A stretch of DNA of 64,000 nt, taken from NCBI GenBank assembly GCA_016874055.1, contig VGVG01000001.1, positions 72,816 to 136,815 on the forward strand, in the 5' to 3' direction. The stretch is from Gammaproteobacteria bacterium. GTDB lineage: Bacteria > Pseudomonadota > Gammaproteobacteria > Steroidobacterales > Steroidobacteraceae. The notes beneath the pieces were generated by a model that saw nothing but the letters and a program-made list of their open reading frames with translations, made no database searches and was not told the DNA's origin. Shown piece by piece: positions 1 through 10,525 of the stretch. A program made the position numbers and the translations under genes. The stretch's first letter is position 1; each line of letters starts with the position of its first letter.

Positions 1-725
1 CGCGTATCGAACCGGAGACCTCCGCGCACGAAGTGGCTCAGCTCTTCCAGGATCGCGACCTCGTCTCGGCCGCCGTGGTTAGCGCCGAGGGCAAACTACT
101 CGGTCGTGTTACCGTCGACGACGTCGTCGACGTTATTCGCGAGGAAGCCGAGCACTCAGTGCTCTCGATGGCCGGCCTTCAGGACGACGAAGATCTCTTC
201 GCCGGCGTCGTTACCTCCACCCAACGCCGTTTATTTTGGCTCGGTGTCAACCTGTTCACGGCGTTCCTTGCCGCGGCCGTGGTCAAAAATTTCGAGGGGA
301 CCATTGAGAAGGTGGCAGCGCTCGCCGCCCTCATGCCCATCGTCGCGTCCATGGGTGGTATCGCTGGAACACAGACCGTGACACTCATCATCCGCGGCCT
401 CGCGCTCGGTCAAGTACAGTGGTCAAACGCTCGGTGGTTACTGTTCAAAGAGGTCGCTGTCGGGGGCGCAAATGGTCTGCTCTGGGCTCTCGTCGTCGGC
501 GTCGTGACTGTAATTTGGTTCGACTCATGGCAGATCGCCATCATCATTGCCGCGGCCATGCTCATCAATTTGCTGGCTGCTGCAGCCGTGGGCGTTCTGG
601 TGCCGCTTGCGCTAAGACGCTTCGACATTGATCCGGCGCTTTCGGCGGGCGCTATTCTTACCACCTTCACCGACTGCATCGGCTTTGCGACGCTACTCGG
701 TCTAGGCGCAATCTTCCTCGTCTAA
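1..725 (+). CDS. mgtE: Magnesium transporter MgtE, C-terminal part (5' end lies outside the window)
   Basis: The reading frame is open from the window edge. A CBS-like segment (GKLLGRVTVDDVVDVIREE) is followed by an MgtE-type membrane domain (LMPIVASMGGIAGTQT, DPALSAGAILTTFTD). Stop is TAA at 723-725. Confidence 0.85.
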   Translation, partial: RIEPETSAHEVAQLFQDRDLVSAAVVSAEGKLLGRVTVDDVVDVIREEAEHSVLSMAGLQDDEDLFAGVVTSTQRRLFWLGVNLFTAFLAAAVVKNFEGTIEKVAALAALMPIVASMGGIAGTQTVTLIIRGLALGQVQWSNARWLLFKEVAVGGANGLLWALVVGVVTVIWFDSWQIAIIIAAAMLINLLAAAAVGVLVPLALRRFDIDPALSAGAILTTFTDCIGFATLLGLGAIFLV

Positions 726-726
726 G

Positions 727-1545
727 TTACGCTGCTCCAAGACACCCTGCCACAACCAGCCGTCTGGATTGGGAGTTGCGGATTCCCTGATCGATTTCCT
801 CGCGGGGGTTCATCACGAAAGGTCGGTACCGCACGATCGGTTTACAGATCGAAACCGCTATGAGCAAGAAAAATCTGGCACCGGCGCTGCCCGCCTTCAT
901 GAGGACCGTATCACCCTCGGAGAGCACGCCGCCGTATCGCCTCGGTAAGCGTATAGCGTTAGCAGGCAAGTCTCGCGTGCTCAACGCGATCGATCGCACA
1001 CCCGAGAATACATAGAGTTATACGCTATATGCGCGAGGGACATTTTCTAAAAATACGCTTCGGGATTGAGGGAGCAATCAAAGAATACGGTCGAGTCGTG
1101 ACACCCGCCACCGGGCTACTCGACTTTTAACCGTGATACTCGTTCGGTCCGGCGCAATTTTCATCATATCGCAGTCGGCTATGACCTCTGGAATGCGTTC
1201 GGCCTGGATGTCTTCATAGCCGGCTCGACACATCTTCTCTTGTACCGGGGGGTTACTCAAAAGAGCAAGATTTCGCATGAAACCCTTATCTCGTCGTAGC
1301 ATTCCTGAGTAAGCGATGCCGCAACCGACGGCATCCATTAAACTAAACGCCGCCGCTTTTGACGTGCCTGCGATGTCTGAGATCATTCTTGAGTGGTGTA
1401 TGACCTTCGAGCATATAGGTCACGGTCTGAAAGGCGTGATACAGATGCGGGGGAAATCCGGCGACGCATTCCTTGAGCCTGTCGCTTCCGCATTCATCGA
1501 GCATCGAAAATCTATCCGTTGGAACCGCGACTGACCGAGACCTCA
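727..1545 (-). pseudogene. Heavily eroded pirin-family gene relic
   Basis: Minus-strand translation in shifting frames gives pirin blocks in the correct order. The first is RFSMLDECGSD..GFPPHLYHAFQTVTYMLEG (about 1504-1343), where the canonical GFPxHPHRGFETVTYMLEG has lost its metal-binding His residues. The second is GIAYSGML..KMCRAGYEDIQAERIPEV (ORF 1078-1386). The third is the C-terminal GDTVLMKAGSAGARFFLLIA..RYRPFVMNPREEIDQGIRNSQ (ORF 727-999). The blocks are separated by stops and frame changes, and local GC is lower. Confidence 0.6.
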
Positions 1546-1640
1546 GTACAACGTTGCCCCCGCTCCATTAGAGCACTGTGCTGCAATGATTCGCTGCGAA
1601 ATCCAAGATACCTTTTTATATTGTTTTTTTACCCGGTGCG

Positions 1641-2675
1641 TTACTTCACCGGGGCGGGCTTCTGCCGCAGCGCGTAGTGCTCGAGGCTCGAGAGACTGCG
1701 ATCCTCGCTCCACTCGGTCGGCGCATCGAAATACTTGGCGTAGTATTTTTCAGCGTAATCTAGCACAGAACGCGAGAGCACCTCATCGAGGTTCCTGATG
1801 GTACCCATAAAGCAGGCATACTGACAGAAGCCCGGACGCTGATCCATGAGCATCCACGGCAACCACGGCGTGACGCGGTTCCAAGTACCCGTGTAATCGA
1901 GCGTGGTGAGTTTTGGATTTTGCAAATCTTCCACCTTGACGTGGTGGGCGAACATTTCGGACACCTGTACGAGCGGACCTGAAGACTCGCGCGGCCATTT
2001 GTCTGGTTGCAGTGCATTCGGGTACGCAAGATGGATGTGTATTTCCATATCTGCCCATCCGGCGTGTTGGTACCACGGCATGATGAACGGCACGCGCGGC
2101 GGTGGCGGTCCTTGGTTGAGTCCACCAAACTTCGGCGGCGCCGGGAAGAATTCCTCGATGAGATAGTTGAACGGATCGTTGTCGACATGAACCGCTTTCA
2201 CCGCTTCATTGGTGAGCGGGTTCTTCCACTCGTCGAGCACTTCGCCGCTGCGTAGATCGGTGTAGACGATGATCTCGCGACACATGCGACGGATCGAACC
2301 GTCCGGACCGGGCGCAAGACGAATGACGCCAAAACCCGACGTACCCATGAGGTCGACGACCTTCTTGTGTGGCTCAACGCCCATGAGGTAGCCCTTAAAC
2401 CAAAAATATTTGGGCTTGCCGAAGTCGAGGTCGCCTTGAATGCGGGCATACGCGAGTTGGTTGCCTTTGCCCGTCGACAGATCGAGGTACGGCCCCTTGA
2501 GGCCCGGGCCCATGCCGTAGCGCGAGCTCGTGAGAGCCGAGGCCATGGCCATCGGGCCACCGAGCGTCATCGATGCAACCCCTGAAGCGCCGATGGCCAA
2601 CGCGCCACCCAGACCGCCAGCGGTGGTGAGAAAATCCCGGCGAGCCGGATGGAGCAAATTGTCTTCGTTCGACAT
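1641..2675 (-). CDS. Tat-signal secreted protein, DUF1838-like (family assignment from memory)
   Basis: Intact 344-aa ORF with a twin-arginine signal (HPARRDFLTTAGGLGGALAIGASG). Codon usage is like its neighbours. Confidence 0.7.
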   Translation of the reverse strand: MSNEDNLLHPARRDFLTTAGGLGGALAIGASGVASMTLGGPMAMASALTSSRYGMGPGLKGPYLDLSTGKGNQLAYARIQGDLDFGKPKYFWFKGYLMGVEPHKKVVDLMGTSGFGVIRLAPGPDGSIRRMCREIIVYTDLRSGEVLDEWKNPLTNEAVKAVHVDNDPFNYLIEEFFPAPPKFGGLNQGPPPPRVPFIMPWYQHAGWADMEIHIHLAYPNALQPDKWPRESSGPLVQVSEMFAHHVKVEDLQNPKLTTLDYTGTWNRVTPWLPWMLMDQRPGFCQYACFMGTIRNLDEVLSRSVLDYAEKYYAKYFDAPTEWSEDRSLSSLEHYALRQKPAPVK

Positions 2676-2722
2676 GTCAGTAACCCCCAGAGACCAGATT
2701 TTCTTTGGAATCGTGCTGCGCT

Positions 2723-3289
2723 TCAGGCGCCCGGCACCTGCAGTTTCTTGAGCTCGTTCAGCACGAGTTGCGAATGCCCTGTGGCCTCGACTTTTTCCCA
2801 GTGACGTACGACGCGGCCCTGCGGATCGATGATGAACGTGTCGCGACGCGAGAACTCCATCAGACCCATCATGCTCGTAAGCACGCCGTACTGCTTGGTG
2901 ACCGCTTTGGTCGGATCGGCCAGCACCTGGAACGGCAAGCTGTGTTCCTTGGCAAACGCTTTCTTCGATTCGACGTCATCGACGCTGACCCCGAGGATCA
3001 CCGTGTTGGCACGCCGGAAGGCAAAGATTTCGTCGCGAAATTCGCAGGCCTGCGTGGTGCAACCCGGCGTGTTGTCTTTGGGATAAAAGTAGAGCACAAC
3101 CCACTTGCCCCGATGGTCGTTGAGCGTGACCCACTTGCCGGTCTGATCCTGCAAGCGGAAGTCGGGAGCGGGCTGCCCTGCCTTGGGCGAGTCGGCAAGG
3201 CCGAGCAGCGATTGAGCAATACCTAAAGCAATACCTAAGATGATTGCGGCGGTAGCGGACACCGTCATGAGGCGTTTGCGGGGTGTCAT
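2723..3289 (-). CDS. bcp: Thiol peroxidase / peroxiredoxin Bcp with N-terminal signal or anchor
   Basis: Shows the AhpC/TSA motif [23 protein letters not shown] and a hydrophobic N-terminus. An alternative start is at 3268. Confidence 0.85.
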   Translation of the reverse strand: MTPRKRLMTVSATAAIILGIALGIAQSLLGLADSPKAGQPAPDFRLQDQTGKWVTLNDHRGKWVVLYFYPKDNTPGCTTQACEFRDEIFAFRRANTVILGVSVDDVESKKAFAKEHSLPFQVLADPTKAVTKQYGVLTSMMGLMEFSRRDTFIIDPQGRVVRHWEKVEATGHSQLVLNELKKLQVPGA

Positions 3290-3359
3290 CGTGGAAACTC
3301 CTTATGCAATCGGCGTGATCGTATCTTCTAGACTGCTCAGCTGCGGCACAATAGGCGAG

Positions 3360-4520
3360 GTGATAAAGCGTACCCATGACCACGTCGTGACCGACACCCC
3401 GACCACAGGGGGTTGTCGAGCCCTTGTGCTCTCGGGCGGCGGCGCACGCGCGGCCTACCAAGTGGGCGTTCTCAAGGCTCTCGCTAAAATCTGGCCTAGG
3501 GACACCGCCCCGTTCGACGTCGTCGTCGGTACCTCGGCAGGTGCCGTCTGCGCCGCCGTGCTCGCCACGTACGCCGCCGACTGGCGCGAGGGTATTCGGC
3601 GTCTCGAGCACGTTTGGGCCAACTTCACCGTCGAGCAGGTGTTTCGTGCCGACTTTGCCGCCATGCTCGGCGCAGGTCTTCGGTGGGCCAGCTCTGCTCT
3701 GACGGGAGGTCGACTGGGCACCGCACCGCCTGCGCTATTCGACAACTCTCCACTACGTGCCCTACTGAAGGAACAGGTTGACTGGGGGGCGATCCGCCGC
3801 AACATCTTCCTCGGCAAACTACGCGCGCTCGCCTTAACGGCAACGACGTACGCTGGCGGTCATCATCGCGTTTTCTTCGAGGCGGCCGCTAACGTGTCGG
3901 AGTGGTGCGGGGTCCGTCGCGCGGGTACCCGTTCAGCGCTCGATCTCGATCATCTGATGGCGAGCGCCGCGATCCCTTTTTTATTTCCACCGGTGCGGAT
4001 CGGCGATGTGTTCTACGGCGACGGTTCCATGCGTCAGCTCGCGCCGCTCTCTCCCGCGATCCACCTCGGAGCCGATCGAGTGTTCGTGATCGGCGTACGC
4101 GCCCAAAATGCCGTAGGTCTAAGCGGAGCCATCGGTCTGCACCACACGCCCTCATCAGGAGAAATCTTTGGCTTTCTGCTCGATACGCTATTTAGCGATC
4201 AGGTGGATGCCGATCTCCATCAACTCGAACGTACCAACCGTATGATTCGTCAGGCGGACTCGTCACTCGATGGACTACGACAGATCAGCGCCCTACGACT
4301 AGTACCGGGTGCTGATCCCCGGTTGAGCGCAGTTCGACATATCGGTGCGTTGCCAAGATCGCTACGCACGCTGCTGTCGGCGATCGGCGCTCATGGGGAG
4401 TCGGGGGGTCTGCTCGCGAGCTACCTCATGTTCGAAGCGCCCTACACGCGCGAACTCATAGAATTGGGCTACAACGACGGCATCACCCAACAGCGTGTGC
4501 TCATCGACTTCCTCCGTTGA
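3360..4520 (+). CDS. Patatin-like phospholipase
   Basis: Has the oxyanion [16 protein letters not shown] motif, the serine motif GTSAGA and a D-G dyad region (FYGDGSM). The track ORF starts at 3240 and overlaps bcp, so I prefer the in-frame GTG at 3360. The start is uncertain. Confidence 0.8.
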   Translation: MIKRTHDHVVTDTPTTGGCRALVLSGGGARAAYQVGVLKALAKIWPRDTAPFDVVVGTSAGAVCAAVLATYAADWREGIRRLEHVWANFTVEQVFRADFAAMLGAGLRWASSALTGGRLGTAPPALFDNSPLRALLKEQVDWGAIRRNIFLGKLRALALTATTYAGGHHRVFFEAAANVSEWCGVRRAGTRSALDLDHLMASAAIPFLFPPVRIGDVFYGDGSMRQLAPLSPAIHLGADRVFVIGVRAQNAVGLSGAIGLHHTPSSGEIFGFLLDTLFSDQVDADLHQLERTNRMIRQADSSLDGLRQISALRLVPGADPRLSAVRHIGALPRSLRTLLSAIGAHGESGGLLASYLMFEAPYTRELIELGYNDGITQQRVLIDFLR

Positions 4521-5703
4521 CGTGTTTGCGATGCAACGCAGCAGTTGCGCGATCGAGACCCTCGAGCGTAAACGGAAACATGCGGCCTCCGACAAGCTCC
4601 TGAATCAGCCGGACTGAGGGCGTCCAGTCCCAACGCTCCTCGGGCTCCGGATTCAGCCAGACGAGATGGGGAAAATGCGCGCGCATGCGCTGCATCCAAA
4701 GGCTTCCGGTCTCTTCGTTGAAGTGCTCGACGCTGCCACCCCGTTGCACGATCTCATAGGGGCTCATCGCCACGTCGCCCATAAAGATCACCCGATAGTC
4801 GTAATTGAAGGTGCGTAGTAGCTCTGAAGTCCTTACACGCTGGGACTCGCGTCGTCGATTATCTTTCCACAAAGTCTCATAGATTAAATTATGGAAATAA
4901 AAATGCTCGAGCTGCCGGAACTCCGAGCGCGCCGCCGAGAATAACTCTTCGCAGGCCCGCACGTGATCTTCCATCGATCCGCCGACATCGAGCAGCAGCA
5001 ATACTTTGACGGCGTTACGACGCTATGGACGCAGCTTGAGATCGAGCCACCCGGCGTTACGCGCCGTTGCCTCAATAGTGCCATCGAGATCCAGCTCATC
5101 GGACGCACCCTGACGCGCGAATTTACGCAGGCGGCGTAGCGCCATCTTGAGGTTGCGGGTGCCAAGCTCGCGGCGATCGTCGAAGTTGCGATATTCTCGC
5201 GACTCCCACACTTTATAAAGCCCGACGCTGTCTCGCACCGGTATCACCGATCCGAATACCCTCGGGGTTATAGCCGCCCGAGCCGAACGGTGACGTGCCG
5301 CCGGTCCCGATCCACTTGTTGCCGCTCTCGTGTTTCAATTTTTGCTCCTCGAGCCGTTGCTTGAGCGTCTCGAGCAGCTTATCCCGACTGCCGAGCGCCT
5401 CGACCTTGGCCCGCTCTTCGTCCGAGAAGAGCCTCTGCGCCATGGCTTGCAACCATTCCGACGGTACTTCGGCGAGCAAGCGTTTAAAGATTCGTTCAGC
5501 GCCAGCAAAATGCTCCGCAAACACGCGATCAAAGCGGTCGAAATGTCGCTCGTCCTTGACCGGTGAAAGCCGCGCGAGCCAATAGAACTCCTCGGCTGAA
5601 AACGAGGCCACTCGTGCCTCGAGCGCCTGCAGGAGCGACAAAAATTCCGTGATCGAGGCCGGGATCCCGGCAGCGCGTACCTCGAAGAAAAACCGAACGA
5701 GCG
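4501..5703 (-). pseudogene. VWA-domain protein (partner of the MoxR-type ATPase), disrupted
   Basis: Three consecutive ORF pieces (5213-5641, 5023-5247, 4501-5001) read as one VWA/CoxE-like protein: FFFEVRAAGIPASITEF.., GGTSPFGSGGYNPEGIRIG, KVWESREYRNFDD.., LLLLDVGGSMEDH. There is a frame change near 5214-5222 and an in-frame TAG at 5023-5025 (LKLRP*RRNAVKV). No ATG, GTG or TTG is found at the conserved N-terminus. Confidence 0.75.
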
Positions 5704-5717
5704 CGCGCGCGATCCGT

Positions 5718-6568
5718 TCAGCGCACGCGTCGGTTCAGGAACACCAGTTGCTCGAACAAGTGCACGTCCTGCTCGTTCTTTAGTAAGGCACCGTAAAGCG
5801 GCGGGATAGCCTTTTTCGGATCCTCGCTGCGCGGGGCTTCCGGCGGGATCTCTTCGGCTAACAGCAGCTTGATCCAGTCGAGCAACTCCGAAGTCGAAGG
5901 TTTTTCTTTAGACCCGGCATATCACGCACGCGATAGAACGCACCGAGCGCCTCGGCCAGCAACTCCCGCTTGAGCCTCGGATAGTGCACACCAACGATGC
6001 GGGTCATGGTCTTTTCGTCGGGAAAGCGGATGTAGTGAAAAAAGCATCGACGAAGAAACGCATCGGGCAGCTCCTTCTCGTTGTTACTCGTGATTATAAT
6101 GATTGGTCGGTGCCGCGCACGCACGAGCTCGCGAGTCTCGTAGACGTAAAATTCCATACGATCAAGCTCTCGCAAAAGATCGTTCGGGAATTCGATGTCG
6201 GCCTTATCGATCTTGTCGATCAGCAAGACAGGCTGTACCTCGGACTCGAAGGCCTCCCAAAGCTTACCTCGCACGATGTAGTTGCGGATGTGGGCGACTC
6301 GCGTGTCACCTAGCTGCGAGTCGCGCAGTCGCGAGACGGCGTCGTACTCGTAGAGTCCCTGCTGTGCCTTACTGGTCGACTTCACATGCCACTCAAACAA
6401 CGGACGATTCAGAGCCTGCGCCACTTGGAGTGCGAGTTGGGTTTTACCCGTGCCGGGCTCTCCCTTGATGAGCAAAGGCCGAGCCAGTATGACGGCCGCA
6501 TTGACGGCCATGCGCAGATCGTCCGTCGCGACATAGCAATCGGTTCCGGAGAATCGTTAATCAGTCAT
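5718..6568 (-). pseudogene. MoxR-type AAA+ ATPase, disrupted
   Basis: Walker A is present (LLIKGEPGTGKT). The ancestral ATG at 6566-6568 overlaps the upstream stop (ATGA) but is followed by an in-frame TAA at 6557-6559 (MTD*RFSGTDCYVATDDLRMAVNAA). The C-terminus shifts frame at an A5 run (forward T5 at 5901-5905). The other frame then reads the family-typical KKPSTSELLDWIKLLLAEE.. through to a TGA at 5718-5720. Confidence 0.75.
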
Positions 6569-9057
6569 CCGGACGTCCGGAGCGCAGCACCCGTTGGCTT
6601 CACGGCCTTGAGCGTCAGCGTATGCATGGCAGGTCCTGGCAATAACGGACGCATACGACCTTCCGCCCAATCATCGAATCCCGCAAGATAGAACGGCGAC
6701 AACGGATGTCCGCTCGCACCACCCGGCAACTGCATGTAGGCCTCGACTTCCCGACCCGGAGACACGGCAAAACGCTCAGAGGCGCCGAATGTCGGTCCCG
6801 CGACGCGAGGCGAGTTCGTGTCACCGGCGAGCACTCGCGCCGGCATATCGAGATAACGACCGAGTGGGCCGAGCGAGGGCGACAACGGATGCCGAATCCT
6901 CGAGATGTTTCGTAGGCCCCAAGTACAGGTCGCAAGCGTCCCACAGGATTCCTCAGCCGACCGAATCACTGCATCGGCCTGAGCGAGCAATAACACGTGC
7001 CAATCTTTATAGTTGGCACTCAGTAGATGCGGTGGCTGCTCGGTCACGAGTCGCCACAAAGATCCCTCGAAGAGCGGAAAGGCCGTTGAACCTTGTCCTG
7101 CGCCGATCGCTTCCGTAATCATCGACCACACGGCGCTGCGCGTTTTCTCTCGGAAGTCTCTCACAAGTCGATAGCTTACCGAATCCACGGCAGCACGCCC
7201 CGTCCAGTCAATTACAAGTCGACGTAGCTCGGCTCGCGTCGGTTGGTTACGGACAGCATCATTGTCGAGCGTCGCGAGTAACAGTCGTTGCCATCGATCA
7301 ATCAACAAAGCTCGGTCGTCGAGCTGGATCGAGAGCATGTCGGCGGGCGTCGCCGGATGATTGATCGCGAGCAACCGATTACGAATTTGTCGCTGACGCA
7401 CACCTTTATCGTAGTGCATGCCACCATCCGCCTCATCATTACCCAGCGATTCTTCGAAGGGACCTTCGACATGTCGGGCGTTTGCACTCCAAAGGCGACC
7501 CACTTCCGGATCGGCGATAACGGGCGTATCGCCCACACTCCGCCAGGCGATGGGGCGTGGCGTTTCAGGACCGAGATTACCTCGAGGGATACGACCAATG
7601 ATCGTCCAAGCGATGCGACCTGACCGATCACCAATAATGAAATTTTGATGTGGGATTCCCATGCGAGGTGCGAGCTCAAGAGCGGAGGCGACATCGCTCA
7701 CCTGCTGTAACTCGAACGACGCGAGTGTGGTCGCCCCGCGTTCCGTCACGAGCCAACGCGCGAGCCAGCAAATATGCGTAGCTCCGCTCGCCTGCTTCCT
7801 TGGCGCATCGGTACGCATGACGACACCGAGCGGCGATTGACGCACCTCAAGTTCGACCGGATCACTACCGGCTACCGTGATCGTCTCGCGTTGGATCTCG
7901 AAGCGTCGCTCGCCCTCTGCGGTGAAATAAACGTTACGTGTAGGTTCGCAGGCGACGGGCTTCACGTCGTTCCAGTCACCGAAGCTGTTCGTGAAGGACC
8001 AGGCGATCTCGCCGTTACTGCCAGCGACGACTGCGGGCAATCCTGGTAGCGTGACGCCGTTAAGCTCCCGCGTGCGACCCAAAGAATCTCTCGCGATCTG
8101 TAATCGAGCACGATACCAATTGGTCGGCACACGCAGCCCGAGATGCATGTCGCCGGCGACGAGCGCTCCACCGCCTGCGGCGTAACGCCCCGAAACAGCC
8201 CACGCGTTACTGCCAGGAATCTCACGCTCCTCGGATAACGGCATCTGCGCCACTCGCGCGCTGCGCAGATCGAGTAACTCGGGCGGCGGCACCTCAGGGG
8301 CGCGATACGCCTCACCGCCATTTGCGGCCGCTTCCTCGGCAAGCGTTTGGAAGTTGGGCGTGTCCCATTCGTCGCCGCGCGGGAAAAGGAATCGCGTGAC
8401 TTCGCCAGCGGGTCGAACGTCGGCTTCGCCGCGGGTGGCCGTCTCCACGCGTTCCTCTGTGCGCGCAGATATATCGCGCCGCGCCACCTCATCGACCAAC
8501 GACTTGTACTGGAGGGACCACCACATCGAGTGCACGACGAGTACGGAGTCTTCGGCACGCCAAACCTCCGGAGTTGCACGTAATATAAAGTATTCCCAGG
8601 GACGTACCGACAGCGAACCGAGTCCGGCATTGACGCCTCGAGTATAGGCGTCGAGCCAGTTACGCTCTGTTGGCGTGGCATCGGCGATCACCTGCCGCGC
8701 CACCAAACGAAGCCTGAATATTCTAGCTAACTCATCCTGCGCGACGAGTCCCCTACCGACCAGCGCGGCAAGCTCGCCTGCGGCGAGACGGCGCGATAGA
8801 TCCATCTGAAAAAAACGATCTTGACCATGCGCGAAACCGATCGCATACGCGACGTCGAAAACATCATTCCCGACAATCGTGACGACACCGTCGGCATCAC
8901 GCTCGATACGTACATCCGCCTTTGGACTGATCGCCACAGCGGCGACTTCGCCGTCGAGCGCGGGGAGCGACCCGCGCAAAACCCACCACGCTGCGCCCAC
9001 GATCAATGTCACAAAGATGAGTAGCGCCGCGGAACCCCGGATAATCCATTTTTTCAT
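6565..9057 (-). CDS. Penicillin/AHL acylase family Ntn-hydrolase, secreted
   Basis: An 830-aa ORF with an N-terminal anchor or signal, the S45-family layout and a GSNAWAVSG nucleophile motif. The start lies 9 nt after the pyk stop. Confidence 0.85.
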   Translation of the reverse strand: MKKWIIRGSAALLIFVTLIVGAAWWVLRGSLPALDGEVAAVAISPKADVRIERDADGVVTIVGNDVFDVAYAIGFAHGQDRFFQMDLSRRLAAGELAALVGRGLVAQDELARIFRLRLVARQVIADATPTERNWLDAYTRGVNAGLGSLSVRPWEYFILRATPEVWRAEDSVLVVHSMWWSLQYKSLVDEVARRDISARTEERVETATRGEADVRPAGEVTRFLFPRGDEWDTPNFQTLAEEAAANGGEAYRAPEVPPPELLDLRSARVAQMPLSEEREIPGSNAWAVSGRYAAGGGALVAGDMHLGLRVPTNWYRARLQIARDSLGRTRELNGVTLPGLPAVVAGSNGEIAWSFTNSFGDWNDVKPVACEPTRNVYFTAEGERRFEIQRETITVAGSDPVELEVRQSPLGVVMRTDAPRKQASGATHICWLARWLVTERGATTLASFELQQVSDVASALELAPRMGIPHQNFIIGDRSGRIAWTIIGRIPRGNLGPETPRPIAWRSVGDTPVIADPEVGRLWSANARHVEGPFEESLGNDEADGGMHYDKGVRQRQIRNRLLAINHPATPADMLSIQLDDRALLIDRWQRLLLATLDNDAVRNQPTRAELRRLVIDWTGRAAVDSVSYRLVRDFREKTRSAVWSMITEAIGAGQGSTAFPLFEGSLWRLVTEQPPHLLSANYKDWHVLLLAQADAVIRSAEESCGTLATCTWGLRNISRIRHPLSPSLGPLGRYLDMPARVLAGDTNSPRVAGPTFGASERFAVSPGREVEAYMQLPGGASGHPLSPFYLAGFDDWAEGRMRPLLPGPAMHTLTLKAVKPTGAALRTSG

Positions 9058-9066
9058 TGAGAGTAC

Positions 9067-10515
9067 TCAGCCGTCGGCGCGGTGAACTTTAAGTATCTGC
9101 AGCGAGTTGGTCCCTCCCTGTACGCCTCTCAGCGCACCCTTGGTCAGGATGATTTGATCGCCCTCATCGACAAGCCGAAGACTCAGCAACAGATCGAAAA
9201 TTCTTTGATGCAACGGCGTTTTATCGACGGGTCGAATATCAAAGGAGACCGGGTAAACGCCTCGATATAGCGTGACGCGACGCCGCGTACCCTCGTGTCG
9301 AGTGAAGGCGTAGATGGGAATGTCCGACCGTAAACGGGACATCCACAGTGTCGTCGAGCCGCTTTCGGTCAAAGCAACGATGGCACGAACGTGGAGATGA
9401 TTAGCGGTGTACATCACTGCATGCGCAATCGCCTCCTCGGTCTGCGAAAATACAAGACTAGATCGCTCAGGAGGAATACTTATGGTGTGGTGATAAGTCT
9501 CGGCGCCGAGAATCACTTCTGCCATGGCTGCCACCGCCTTCACCGGATATTTGCCCGTCGCCGTTTCCGCCGAAAGCATCACGGCATCCGTACCATCTAG
9601 TACGGCGTTCGCAACGTCACTAACCTCAGCGCGCGTCGGCAGAGGGTTTTGGATCATCGACTCCATCATCTGCGTGGCCGTGATCGCCAAACGATTACTC
9701 TTTCGCGTCTCGCGGATGATGGTCTTCTGCAAACCGGTGAGCGCTGCCTGCCCCATCTCCACGCCGAGATCGCCTCGGGCGATCATCACGACGTCGGTCG
9801 CCTCGATGATACCGGCTACCTGCGCAACGGCCTCGTGACGCTCGATCTTGGCGACGATGCGCATATGCGGCGCACCGGCTTCACGCAGCAACTCGCGAGC
9901 CTGTCGAATGTCCGATCTGTCGCGTACGAAGGACAACGCGAGGTAGTCGAAACCGTTCGCTGCGGAAAAACGAATATCCTCGAGATCTTTTTCAGCAAGC
10001 GCCGGTGCGGAAATGCCTCCACCCTTGCGGTTAACGCCCTTACGATTGGAGAGCTCGCCACCCGCTACGACCTTGGTTTCGATGCGGGTCCCCTTTACTG
10101 AAAGCACTTCGAGAATGATTAACCCGTCGTTGAGCAGCAAGGCATCGCCCGCCATCACGTCGGCGACCAGCGCCTTATAGGTCACACCCACTTCGCGCGA
10201 ATTGCCGGCGCTCTTATCGAGCGCGGTATCGAGAGCGAACGGCTGCCCGTCGACGAGCTGTACAGCACCGTCTACAAAACTTTCGATGCGAATCTTTGGG
10301 CCTGCAAGATCACCAAGCACAGCGACATACCGCCCCGCTCTCACCGAGGCTTCCCGCAGTAATTCTATTCGGCGCAAATGGTCCTGATGGGTGCCGTGCG
10401 AAAAGTTGATGCGCGCCACATCGAGACCCGCATGACACATCTGCGTTAAGACATCGACGTCGTCCGTGGCGGGTCCGAGCGTCGCTACAATTTTCGTTCT
10501 ACGCAGGTTAGTCAT
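9067..10515 (-). CDS. pyk: Pyruvate kinase
   Basis: Begins MTNLRRTKIVATLGPATDD..INFSHG and is 482 aa. The N-terminal 227 aa of the track ORF are a spurious extension running through pgk. Confidence 0.9.
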   Translation of the reverse strand: MTNLRRTKIVATLGPATDDVDVLTQMCHAGLDVARINFSHGTHQDHLRRIELLREASVRAGRYVAVLGDLAGPKIRIESFVDGAVQLVDGQPFALDTALDKSAGNSREVGVTYKALVADVMAGDALLLNDGLIILEVLSVKGTRIETKVVAGGELSNRKGVNRKGGGISAPALAEKDLEDIRFSAANGFDYLALSFVRDRSDIRQARELLREAGAPHMRIVAKIERHEAVAQVAGIIEATDVVMIARGDLGVEMGQAALTGLQKTIIRETRKSNRLAITATQMMESMIQNPLPTRAEVSDVANAVLDGTDAVMLSAETATGKYPVKAVAAMAEVILGAETYHHTISIPPERSSLVFSQTEEAIAHAVMYTANHLHVRAIVALTESGSTTLWMSRLRSDIPIYAFTRHEGTRRRVTLYRGVYPVSFDIRPVDKTPLHQRIFDLLLSLRLVDEGDQIILTKGALRGVQGGTNSLQILKVHRADG

Positions 10516-10525
10516 AAAACCATTC

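Noticed and set aside
4501-6568. The MoxR ATPase + VWA pair as the novel system
   Set aside because: This is a widespread, already described two-gene module, and here it is clearly inactivated.
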